Positions 23,322 to 35,009 of a stretch of 59,869 nucleotides of DNA are shown piece by piece (position 1 is the stretch's first letter; the number at the start of each line of letters is the position of its first letter). The DNA is from Cetorhinus maximus (taxonomy: Eukaryota), in assembly GCF_964194155.1 (NCBI RefSeq), contig NW_027597933.1, positions 1 through 59,869 on the forward strand, given 5' to 3'. The position numbers and the translations under genes were made by a program. The notes under the pieces were generated by a model. The model made no database searches, had not been told where the DNA came from, and worked only from the letters and a program-made list of their open reading frames with translations.

Positions 23322-25013
23322 GAGTGTAATTAGGAGAGAGGTGAAATATAAGCTGGTTTAAGGTAGGGGGCGGGGGGAGAGAAGTTGAGGGTGGGGTGGT
23401 TGTAGGGACAAGCAAGCAGTGATAGGAGCAGATAATCAAAAGATGTCACAGACAAAAGGATCAAAGAGGTGTTGAAGGTGGTGATATTATATAAGAAAAG
23501 TGCTAATTAAGAATGGATGGCAGGACACTCAAAGTACAGCTCTAGTGGGGGTGGGGTGGAAAGACTGACAAGATATTAGTTGTAGATTTAAAAATAATGG
23601 AAATAGGTGGGAAAAGAAAAATCTATATTAATTATTGAAAAAAACAAAAGGGAGGGGGAAGAAACGGGGTGGGGATGGGGGGAGGGAGTTTAAGATCTAA
23701 AGTTGTTGAATTCAATATTCAGCCCGGAAGGCTGTAAAGTGCCTAGTCGGAAGATGAGGTGCTGTTCCTCCAGTTTGCGTTGGGCTTCACTGGAACAATG
23801 CAGCAAGCCAAGGACAGACATGTGGGCAAGAGAGCAGGGTGGAGTGTTAAAATGGCAAGCGACAGGGAGGTTTGGGTCTTTCTTGCGGACAGACCGCAGG
23901 TGTTCTGCAAAGCGGTCACCCAGTTTGCGTTTGGTCTCTCCAATGTAGAGGAGATCGCATTGGGAGCAACGAATGCAGTAGACTAAGTTAGGGGAAATGC
24001 AAGTGAAATGCTGCTTCACTTGAAAGGAGTGTTTGGGCCCTTGGACGGTGAGGAGAGAGGAAGTGAAGGGGCAGGTGTTGCATCTTCTGCGTGGGCATGG
24101 GGAGGTGCCATAGGTGGGGGTTGAGGAGTAGGGGGTGATGGAGGAGTGGACCAGGGTGTCCTGGAGGGAACGATCCCTACGGAATGCCGCCGGGGGGGTG
24201 AAGGGAAGATATGTTTGGTGGTGGCATCATGCTGGAGTTGGCGGAAATGGTGGAGGATGATCCTTTGAATGCGGAGGCTGGTGGGGTGATAAATGAGGAC
24301 AAGGGGGACCCTATCATGTTTCTGGGAGGGAGGAGAAGGCGTGAGGGCGGATGCGCGGGAGATGGGCCGGACACGGTTGAGGGCCCTGTCAACGACCGTG
24401 GGTGGAAAACCTCGGTTAAAGAAGAAGGAGGACATGTCAGAGGAACTATTTTTGAAGGTGGCGTCATCAAAACAGATGCGATGGAGGAGAATGGGATGGA
24501 GTCCTTACAGGAAGCGGGGTGTGAGGAGCTGTAGTCGAGGTAGCTGTGGGAGTCGGTAGGCTTGTAATGGATATTGGTGGACAGTCTATCATCAGAAATT
24601 GAGACAGAGAGGTCAAGGAAGGGAAGAGAAGTGTCAGAGATGGACCATGTGAAAATGATGGAGGGGTGGAGATTGGAGCAAAATTAATAAATTTTTCCAG
24701 GTCCCGACGAGAGCATGAAGCAGCACCGAAGTAATCATCGATGTACCGGAGAAAGAGTTGTGGGAGGGGGCCGGAGTAGGACTGGAACAAGGAATGTTCC
24801 ACATACCCCATAAAGAGACAGGCATAGCTGGGGCCCATGCGGGTACCCATAGCCACACCTTTTATTTGGAGGAAGTGAGAGGAGTTAAAGGAGAAATTGT
24901 TCAGTGCTCCTATCACTGCTTGCTTGTCCCTACAACCACCCCACCCTCAACTTCTCTCCCCCCGCCCCCCACCTTAAACCAGCTTATATTTCACCCCTCT
25001 CCTAACTACACTC

Positions 25014-25052
25014 AGTTCTGTTGAAGGGTCATGTGGACTCGAAACGTCAACT
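25014..25052 (+). ncRNA. Minimal hammerhead ribozyme motif, variant core, sense to NAA60 pre-mRNA
   Basis: The plus strand reads AGTT-CTGTTGA-A-GGGTC(ATGTG)GACTC-GAAAC-GTC-AACT, with a GUC triplet at 25046-25048. Confidence 0.6.
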
Positions 25053-27488
25053 CTTTCCTTCTCCACCGATGCTGCCAGACCTGCTGAGTTTTTCCAGGTA
25101 ATTCTGTTTTTGTACTGTTAAACATTCCAGTCTCAAATCTTTCTCTTTCCTTATGAAAAACATGGCTAGTTATTTTAACCTGTTTACTTTGATCAGTGTA
25201 GATGTAGACGTATTTTTAGAATGTGAAATTCAGTTGTTAATTAAATTTGTCAGCAGGACAAAAGTTTGGTAAATGATTATTTAATCAAGATGCCATTTTT
25301 GGAAGAAATTGCAATTTCATTTTCAGGACAGTTTATTTATTTGCAGTAAGAGTTACTTGATAACCTGAGGCTGAAACAAACCTTAACTTGAGATGATTGC
25401 CACCAAGAAAGTTGACCAGAAATGAACAACTCCAAAGGCAGATACATTAATGGGCTGTATTGATATCATTAGTTGGGAGAGGAAAATAATTTGGAGTTTA
25501 CCTTAAAAAAATTGGAGATAAATGGTTGAGAACCTGCCAAAATTCTTTCCAGATCTATCAGGAATGCAGTAATAACTAGCATGAACCTGAAAATAGCTGT
25601 GATTGAATATTCAGCTGCGAAAATTTGGAAGCTTACGAGGCCAACAGGCGAAATCCAGAGAGATTATTTTACATTTGGAGAAATTTCTTTAGTTGAATAA
25701 GTTAAAGTGTCAGTGATTAGTTTCAAAAGCCCCCAGATCTAAGATTTTTTTCATTCCAAGACCTTAACATTTAATCCAATAAGGGATTAAACCGGATGAA
25801 GAGTCTTGTTCCCTGCTTTGGGAAAAAAGTTGTTTCTTTAGAGAAGATGAACAGAAATTCTGAATAACAAACTGATCGCCAAGCCACAGCAGTGTCAATG
25901 AACTAGAGTTTCTTAGTTTTGATGCTACTTCCGTATATTTGTGGGAATGGGTTAGGGAATATCAAGAAGATTTTCTTTGTGTATTAAGCAAAAGGCACCT
26001 CAAGTAGAGTTGGGAAACTTTGTTTTCCTTCAGTTGCCTCTCGTAAGCATCTTTGCTTTAAAGCTTCTGAGGATAGTCTGGGTGAGAACAGAGTGGAACT
26101 TCACTCACTTCGATAATCTTGAGGTATGCTGTGTTCAACATGAAAACAGCTATTTCCCAAACTTTTTTAAAGCGTGCGGTTCTTAAAAATAAAAACAAAG
26201 TCTTTAAGCAACTTGTCACATTCAGGATTTATGACTTGGCATGGAGGAACCTTGGCATAGAATATATTGAACTAAACTTGGCTGTCATTGAGTTAATTCA
26301 TAAGACAGAAGGGCTAGGTGATGTACATTCAGATCAGAACCAAAATGCTGGTGGCAGAGGATTACATTCCTATTGACACTGGAATTAAGCTTTCACAAAT
26401 AGAAGCCTGCAAGGGCAGTCCAGTTTTGTAAAAGAAAGCTGAGAATCTTTGATAGGGTGAAAATATTAAAAGTTAAGACTAAATCATACCTATTGATATG
26501 AGGAAGCATGGTATATTCTTTGTATCATTACACAAAGATAAGTTGTACTGATTGAACTAAGTAAATATGATTATAACTGTTGCTCTGTATGTTCACTTGG
26601 TGTGAAATGAAGCAATTTAACAACTCATATCAAGCTCTTCACATTTGGCCTGCCCCCACCAAAGAACTTGGAGAAGTACATGTGTTAAAAATATAAGATC
26701 GATTCAGGTCAAATAGGGGTATCATTACAACACCAGCTTACGTTTTTGTAAAAAGCAAACAATATGTAGGGGTGTGTGATCACATTTAAAAAAAAATTCT
26801 CTGACTAAGTTGTAGCATATAGAAAACTAATTCTACAAGAAGATGAGTAACGAGGGGTCCTTGGAGTAGCACTTTTGGAGTCAAAACTAAGATTATTGAA
26901 GTTGTTATTGGCAAAGTTTGAATGGAGAAGCAAGAAAAGGAGAGCAAAACTAGAAAGTATGGACATTACATATATGCCTGATATGATCCATAGAAATAAG
27001 ATATAATGATCCAGCATGAAGAAGGCATGTAGTAAGAGAGACATTATTGATAGTTATTAAAAAAAAGTTTTAGTAGCAGAAGTGATTTGAAGTCTTGTCA
27101 AGGAACCAGTTGATGTTGTTTTTCCACCTGACTGTTACAATGAGCATCTGGAACTGGGTTATCTACATATCTTCTGCCTTGGATCTCAGTTATGGCTTAG
27201 GAAGATTTTGAATGAAACCACAAATTTTCCCCACTGAAGGGATGGTAATATATGTTTGTCTCTTCCTTCCCCCTCTCTTATCCCAATTGCTTTTATTCCA
27301 ATACATTATTTTGATGCTTCATTGCAGTTTTGAAGATGGACACACCACTTGAATTACTGTTAAAAAACGAAACATCATTTAGCAGTTTCAAACATTCTTG
27401 CTCGTTCAGTTTTCCACTACTGTATTAAGAATTTAGTCTAAACCCATATTGTGCAAAAATTATGTTATAGTCCTTGACATACCTTCAC

Positions 27489-27645
27489 TGACTATATTCA
27501 ACACATTGGTTCAACTCTGGTGAATCTGAGGCCTTGCTCCATTCCCCAGCGAATATACCGTCAGGCACAGAACCTTATCCGCAGTTTTTTACCCTGGCCT
27601 GGTATCTCAGCAAAAGGTGGCATAGAGTACAGCAGGGCAATGTGA
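27489..27645 (+). CDS. NAA60: NAA60 coding exon 5 (C-terminal Golgi-membrane-binding region) with stop codon
   Basis: (F)DYIQHIGSTLVNLRPCSIPQRIYRQAQNLIRSFLPWPGISAKGGIEYSRAM*, 157 nt. Exon lengths sum to 110+130+97+235+157 = 729 nt, i.e. 242 aa. Confidence 0.96.
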
Positions 27646-27977
27646 TCTCATGTTTTTTTTTAAGCAAACAATTTGAAAAGGTGAGCTGTTTAAAATTTTC
27701 TCTTTTCTGTTACAACTTTGAAATTCAACCTTATTGAATAGTTTTGCTAAATTAGTTAATGACTTCGGTGCTACGTTTCAGGCAAAATCTTTTGAAAATG
27801 TAGTTGTGTGTGCTCTTAATTGCTGATTGCTTTTGCATCACATTGATGTGGCTCTATTTGCCCTCATTTGGGATTTTCTGGTTCTGAAAATTGGTGAAAT
27901 TGCATAATGCTATGTGCTCAATTTTTCATTTGGTCTAGTGATTTACACTGTCTCCTTGGCTTCATTATTATTTAATT

Positions 27978-28700
27978 GGCCCGGCTTTTGTGGTGGTAAT
28001 GATGGTGAAACTGTCATGTTTGCCCTTCATTACTCTTCCGAAACTGACAACAAGTTCAGGAGTCTGCACATGCGCAGTTAAACGCAGAAATCAAGAGGTT
28101 GCTGTCAGTGATTCTACAGTTCCCCTTAAGGTGCACTGCGGAAGCCCCCCCCCAAACTGTAACCAAGTGGAAACCACTGAACTGATGAGAATTTGTCTCT
28201 ACGCTATTAGTCTAGCTGAAAGGACCCTTGAAAAAGTTGCATCTTGTTGAATGAGGTGTAACTGGGTTTTTAACGGCATACTAAACTCACTGTCTCTAAA
28301 AACTAATTTTATATTTGTAGAATGTCAAATTTCTCCTGTTTGCTAAATTCACATTTTAATTTTTTAAAACACTTTTTTTAATGATATTTCAGCTTCTACC
28401 TTCATGTGTATGTCCTAATCATTTATTTTGACCTCTGTAAAATTTTAATTCAAAGTAAAAAATCAATATATTTTACTTTCTGATTTGCTGTCTGAGAGAA
28501 GACATAAATTTAATTGGCTGCTTACCTTGCTTGTTGTAATCACTGTTGCTGGATGCCTGGAGATCCCCTTGACTCAGCACCAGATTCAAACTGACTTTGG
28601 GGAAAGGAAATCCATGCCATGGAGATTGCTAGATCTTTGCAAGCGGTTTTCTTTGCGGCTGGCAGTAAGTGCCGTCGCTTCACAGCTGTTCCTTTCTGTC
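27978..28700. mobile_element. Unclassified interspersed element, possibly a non-autonomous DNA transposon
   Basis: Higher-GC ends with an AT-rich core and no ORF. It resembles MITE-like shark repeats, but I could not verify TIRs. Confidence 0.3.
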
Positions 28701-28749
28701 TTAATTGTTAGGTGACTTTTGACCTATGATGTTTAATTGAAAACAAATT

Positions 28750-29190
28750 TGAGTATTGCTGAGAAAACATACATGTTGAAGCTTTTCGTCTCGCACTCAT
28801 CAGGACGATTTGTAAGAATACCAAATGTAAAGGGGACAACAATTTATACTGCATGAGAAGAGAGTGCTGATTGGTTGGCAAGTGGGCTCTGATTGGTAGA
28901 GGCGTTTCCATGGAGAATGCACCAAATAACTGATGACTGACAGTTTACTGTTAAGCTTGGTTTAAATTCAAACCGGGCAGGTTGACTCTGATTGGTCAAG
29001 ACGTTGCCCTAGGGAATGAACAGAGAATGGCTGTCGCCTATTTTGTTTAATTGAAAAAGGTGCAATGTGTGTACATGTTCTTTCTGTCTGCAAAGGACAG
29101 GGCCCTGCGTATTAATATATGTGGCTTCTAACATGTGTAATTGAGCTGCACTGCGAGCCCAACTGATGATCTTAAATTGGTTGTCAGCTG
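28750..29190 (-). mobile_element. Penelope-like pseudo-LTR / 3' fragment (different family) with a hammerhead-like motif
   Basis: 12-bp TSD TGAAAACAAATT at 28738-28749 and 29191-29202. The minus strand at 28774-28807 reads CGTC-CTGATGA-GTGCGAGAC-GAAAAGCTTC-AACA. Confidence 0.65.
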
Positions 29191-30469
29191 TGAAAACAAA
29201 TTGTTTTGTAAGTTTGGTACATTTATTTGTAAGGCCTTGAAAAATACAAATTGCATTCCTGTCTAAGAAGTGGTTATAGCATGATCTTTTTGCTCATTGG
29301 ATTTTTTGAGAATATATTTATACCTGTAAAAAAAAAGTAAAGTGTTAAGATGTTTTGACTTCCAAACTGGGAGCCCCGAGTATGAATCCAAGGCTGATTG
29401 CTGTTATAGTCTGATTATTTTGGACAATCAAGTTGCACTTGACCAAATCACATGGGAGACAGAAGTCATTAAAGCCTGTACCTCCCTGTGATTCAGTTCC
29501 TTTGCTGTTTCTGACTTTGGTTGATACTTGTTTGCTCTTTATGCTATCAATTCAAGAATGTACAAAACCATAAATCTGTTCAAGCAATGCTATTAGCGCC
29601 AGCAGGAAGAATGATACAAATGACTGATACAACTTTGCTGTTTTTGACTTTGGATAGTGGCTGTTTACTCTTTGTGATATCAGTTCTTTATTTCATTGTC
29701 GGGATTACTTTCCTGTAGTTTATCCACAATAGTCATTTGTATCCTGCTTTCTTTCTGCTGGCATTAATAACATTGCCTGAACAGATTTATGGTTTTATAC
29801 ATCAAAATCCTGATGCATAATTTTGAATATAATTAGATCATGTGTGAATAATTTTTCTTAATAGAGTTGGGAATGATGATTGTTATATACATAATGGTTG
29901 AACCTTGGACTACCTACAGTTGCAAAACTCAATGGTATTTGCACAGTTTTACCTTAAAGTTTCAAAGTCCTAACATAGATTGAGTTTAATTTTTTATGAG
30001 AAGTTGATGTTTGTCATCTGGAAGAATTTTGGGAAATTATTAAGGAATAGCCATAGACTGAATCTTATGTAGGAGCAGGGCTCTCTTTAATTGAGATTGC
30101 GAAAATTAAGCATTTACTAATAACATTTATGTTCTTGTGAGAATACAAATTTGACTGCCGTTAAATCTGGAGAGTTAGAATTAAGTAATTTCATTATGTA
30201 GGGACACAAATGTGTAGTACAATTAAACTGGTTTGATTATACAATGGAAATATTTTTCCTAGCTTTCTGCACCAAATTTCTCCCCTCTATTGCACAGTGG
30301 ACAGCTCACATCATTCAGTAGCTAATCTAAGTGGCCAATATCAATGTGAGAGCTTTGATAATGACAATTGACAGACTGTTTGACTGCCATGGGCATTATT
30401 ACCAAGTCCGCAGTTGATGTCTGCAAACATATTTCTAGTTGAAATTGCTGAATATCTTTCCTATAATTG

Positions 30470-31265
30470 TGGAACGATACAGTAGAGAAGGAAGTCAGTT
30501 GGCCTATTGTGTCTGAGCTAGCTCTTTGATGGAGCTATCTAATTAATCCCACTTAACTGCTCTTTCCTGTTTCGCTATAAATCTTCTCGCTTGGAGTAAT
30601 ATCCAATTATCTCTTGAATATTACTATTGAATCTGCTTCTAGCACTTCTTCAAGAAGAGTATTCCAGATGACCACAACTTTGCCACGTAATAAAATGTTT
30701 CCTGATGTCACGCCTGGCTCTTTTGCCATTCGCATTAAACCTTTGTCCTCTGATTACTAAGCACACGGCCACTGAAAACAGTTTATCCTTATTCATTCTG
30801 TCAAATTCATCCATAATTTTAAACACCTCTAGCAAATCTCCTCTTAACCTCGTTCTCTAAGGAAAGCAAGCCAAGCATCTCCAGTCTCATAGAATCAAGA
30901 CAGCACAAAAGGTGGGCTATTCAGCCCACAGTGTCCATGCTGGCTAACTGTAGAGCAATCCAATCAGTCCCATTCGCCAGCTTTATCCCTGTAGCTCTAT
31001 AGGTTTAGGTCCGTCAAGTGCCATCCAATTTCCTTTTGAAATCATTCATTGTCTCCGCCTCTACCACCCTCGTAAACAGTGAGTTCCAGGTCATTACCAC
31101 TCGCTGCTTAAAAAAGTTCTATCCCACATTCCCATCATCTCTTGCTCAAAAAGTTATATCTATGTCTTGACATAAATAAAGTCCCTCATGGCAGGTAATA
31201 TTCTAGTAAATTACCTCTGTACCACCTTCAAGGTCTTGACATCCTTTCCTAAGCATAGTGCCCAG
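30470..31265 (-). mobile_element. Two adjacent decayed CR1 3' fragments
   Basis: ORF 30650-30835 (LEVFKIMDEFDRMNKDKLF...RGQRF) resembles the CR1 ORF2 C-terminus. A second tail begins at ~30890. Confidence 0.7.
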
Positions 31266-31404
31266 AATTAAAAGAGAAGAGATCCTGGCTAGTTTCCACT
31301 TTCCTAATTCATGGTAGATGAGGACAATATAGCATCCCTAATATGTCCACATAGCTTCTTCAAGATAGGCATTTCTTGAAGAGAAGTGGCAGTCAATTAA
31401 ACAC

Positions 31405-31567
31405 AGAGATAAAAACAAAAAACTGCGGATGCTGGAAATCCAAAACAAAAACAGAAATACCTGGAAAAACTCAGCAGGTCAACAGAAGGGTCATGAGGAC
31501 TTGAAACGTCAACTTTGCTCTTCTCCGCCGATGCTGCCAGACCTGCTGAGTTTTTGTTTTTGTTTTG
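31405..31567. mobile_element. Penelope pseudo-LTR remnant in inverted (foldback) arrangement
   Basis: Same pseudo-LTR sequence as 23179-23260, followed by an opposite-orientation piece (gaagggtcatgaggacttgaaacgtcaac...gacctgctgagttttt). Confidence 0.85.
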
Positions 31568-31688
31568 TCCACATAGCTGAATGATTTAGAACCAATGGGA
31601 AATTATTGAAAGTACTATTGTAAAGATTCACTTTTATGTTTTCGTATAATTTTGTAAATTCACTGGGAATTATATTTTTTCCTTTCAG

Positions 31689-33605
31689 CTACAAAACGGA
31701 CAGTCTGCACTGATTATATTTGTATTTCTTCTGAACATCAATATGCCAAGCAGGGAGGAGGGGATGCTATATTTTAAAACGCTTGGAGGCAGTCCCTCAC
31801 TGATGCAATTCGAATTCTATACAGAATGTATTATAATACAGTGTTACCTATCTGTTAATGGAGCAAGTGCACTGTGTCAAGATTCATCTGTTCCATTAAT
31901 GTCTTTTGATTACTTTTGATTACACCTGGTAATTTGCTGCTATCTAGAAAACCACTGTATGTCTTATTTGTAATTATATGTGGATTCTAAATGTAGATTT
32001 TCATAATTTCTTTTGACTTTGTTTGAATATTTCAGTTGTATTATGCACCTTGAGTGTATGGCAAAGATTCTGTATTTGGATTTTACTGTATTCAGGTTTT
32101 AAAGTTGTTGGACTGGTTTCTGCACAGTCACTAATTTGTAGCCTTTGCCCATTCTTGTTCACTTCATTAAGTTGGATTTTGTAACTATGGGAAACAAAAT
32201 CTATTTTTGTGATTGATCAATGTTTTGGTTTTAAAAATGCCTGCTTTTAGTTGCAAAATATATTAGTAAAGTGTTCATATATGCATGTTCTTTACTGAGC
32301 TGAATTGATTGTACTTGTTCACCTTGTGTATACCTGGGGGTAAAATATGCAGACAGTTCAACTATCTTTTAAGCCACACGAATGACCCCACCTGGTGGGA
32401 AAACCACGAGGTGATCAGTGATTCAAAAAAGGGAGAAAAAAAAGTCCAAGATAGATGATTTTGCCATTTGCAACAACTGCTTGTCCTGCTCTTCAGCATT
32501 TCGTTGTGTCACATGACATTTTCTGTTCTGGAATTACAAACTAGCTTTCAGGATTGGGAACAGACGATTTTAGAAATTCACAAAATGTTCTATTTAAATC
32601 TGTCTTGAACTGTTTCAGAAAAACAAGCTTGAGTTTAGATCTAATTTTACTTCTTAAAAGTGAATTTTTTTTTTCTTGCTTTGCAGTGCATAAATTATGA
32701 CATCAGACACTGTGTGGTCACTCACTCCATATGCCAGACTGTAATAATCAAATGTGTAAATATTACTATGTTTTTATCTTTTTTTTCTATATGCCTGATA
32801 ATTACTGTAATGGTGTAATGTGAATGGTGTTGCAGGTCACAGATGGGAATACAGATCATTATGAACTGATAGAACTACTGTGAAAAGTGTTCCTATGTGA
32901 AGTGTCAATCTACATGAATTTCAGATTTTTTTAAGCTTCAGTGATCTAGCTGTTTAGACATTTTTAACTTCATTCCATCATTCTGTTTCACAATTTAGAA
33001 AATGCCTACACTGTTTCACAGGTTTTTAAAATAATTTTGGCACCAACGACAATCAGTGTAAGACTTTTAAACAGTAATTGCACTTTAGATGTATAGTAAA
33101 TGTTAATATATTTATGTAGTGGCACCCCTGTTATCTGGGCAGCACTCTTTGTCTTAATACATTTAGACTTCTGATCTGTTGTTGAGAACCAGTATTCATT
33201 GTTTATGAAATATGACACCAGGCTGTGTAAGAAATGGAAGCATAGAACCATAGTTTGAAATGAAGATAAATATGTTCAGAATTTCAGTTAAATATATTAA
33301 CACTATATTAAAAATTCCAATTAATGTAGCATCAGTTGTATTTTGCTTTTTTGTATTTCCGTTATTTGTGTCTTTCTCATTTGTTGAACCACCGGTTGAT
33401 TTCTGGACTCCTGTGTTGATTCAATTTATGTGGCTGTTGCATAAAATGTTTTTAAAAAGAATTATTATGTTTTGTAAAGCAAGAAACAAAACATCTGGAT
33501 TCTTGTGTGAATTTATTTCTTAAAACAATTAGGATACATAAATTTACTGGTCACAGCACTGTAAGAAATCTTGCTCAATCTATTAAAAATTACGTCAAAA
33601 TCATC
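31689..33605 (+). other. NAA60: Probable terminal 3'-UTR exon of NAA60 (after a 3'-UTR intron 27681-31688)
   Basis: Donor AAG|GTGAGC at 27680/27681 and acceptor ttttttcctttcag ending at 31688. These are followed by a ~1.9-kb repeat-poor AT-rich stretch, with ATTAAA at 33582-33587 and a U/GU-rich tract after it. Confidence 0.5.
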
Positions 33606-35009
33606 ATTTGTTTCTTTTGTTTTGATTAGATTGTGAAGGCTTTGCTTTAATGATTAATGTAGGGGACATGCTCACCAGAACTCAGTACTACCAGAAATAG
33701 AAACATTCTCTACACTTTCCCGATCGAATCCCTTCATAATTTTAAACACCTTTATTCAGTCACTCCTCAGCCTTCCATTTTGTACAGGAACGAGCCCCAG
33801 CCTGTTCAATATTTCCTGATAGATATAACCCAACCCCGCCACCAAAATGTACTAGGGCAGAAACATCCAGTGAGTTACAAACATGTCCTCTTATATTTTT
33901 GTGGGAACCTTTGCTAAAGACAAGGTTGGAAGAGTGATTGTAAAATGTAGCAAACATGTCTAGAAATCTATGCTTCACTACATTGAGGGCCTCCCAGGAT
34001 ATTTACAGACTTGTTGCAGATTATTAATAAAAGATGGAGTGGAACTCTCCCAGCAAATGTGATCAGTCAATCTTTAGTTCTGTTAGTAGTGGCTCTCTCT
34101 AATTGTCAGTGGTAACACAGAGTCTCTTTTTGCCTTTGTTAGCTCTCTTAATCAGTCTTCGTTAATCAAATAAAACTTATGTCTTCAGTTGGAATTAGCG
34201 GATACAAAAAGGTGCCTTTATAGGTGAGACAGAGAGAAATTATTATTATTGGTTATCCCTCGCTAGCCTATGTTTAGGGGACTTTTTCCAGTCCCCTCAC
34301 CAATAAACGGTGAGCAGAGCAGATCCTAAAGAGGGCTGCTCAGTCACAACTGCTGAAAGGCACCCCTGCCTCATCCAAGTGCTAGACAGTCATTTTGTAA
34401 CTGCCACATCTGAGCCAGATCATGACTAGAAGCTTCCAGACAACACAATCCTGCTCCTGTCCCCATTTATTAGTCACCAAAGGGCTTGGGCGGGAGATGT
34501 GCTCAGAAAGAAAGACACCTGTACCTGATATCTTTTAGCGTGGAGAAACCATTGCACACCAGCTTCCACATGCGTCTTGACAGAATGAAACCTTGATTCA
34601 ATGGCAAGGAAACCAAGATGATTGGAAGTTTAGTTCTGCTGCAGCCTTTGTCTACTAGAACAGCTGTTGAATTATTCCAGATGGCACATCTTCCTCCTCC
34701 TGTTCTGCCGTTGAGGACTTGTTTGCCAGAGCCCCATCTGCTACATATTTCTAGAGCTCCTAACAGGCCTTCACAGTAACTGAAGAGGCCCAGGACAAAA
34801 GGAGTCCCACTAAATTTCACCCTGTTATGATCAGCCCTTATTATTCATTGCCCAGGTTCTGTGGTGAGGACAAGGGCTGGACTTCAGCAATACTAGTTGT
34901 GAGTTATGCTAGTTGTAAGCAGAGCTGTGTGTCATTTAACTGCAAGTAGTCTGAGATTGAGAAAGGTGAAAGAAAAACTAGTTGGCTGGTATCATCACAC
35001 CTATTGCTA

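Larger units (their letters stand above)
23179..25110 (-). mobile_element. Penelope-like retroelement (Neptune-type) with inverted 5' pseudo-LTR, inside the NAA60 U12 intron
   Basis: RT motifs QIKGVAMGTRMGPSYACLFMG and FLRYIDD, and GIY-YIG NLVYCIRCSQCDLLYIGETKR. 24905-25110 is the reverse complement of ~23225-23430. 15-bp TSD TGTACTGTTAAACAT at 23164-23178 and 25111-25125. Confidence 0.95.
22231..27488 (+). other. NAA60: U12-type (minor spliceosome) AT-AC intron of NAA60
   Basis: 5' site ATATCCTTT (22231-22239), branch site TCCTTGAC (27471-27478) and terminal CAC (27486-27488). This junction gives a continuous 729-nt ORF. Confidence 0.95.
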
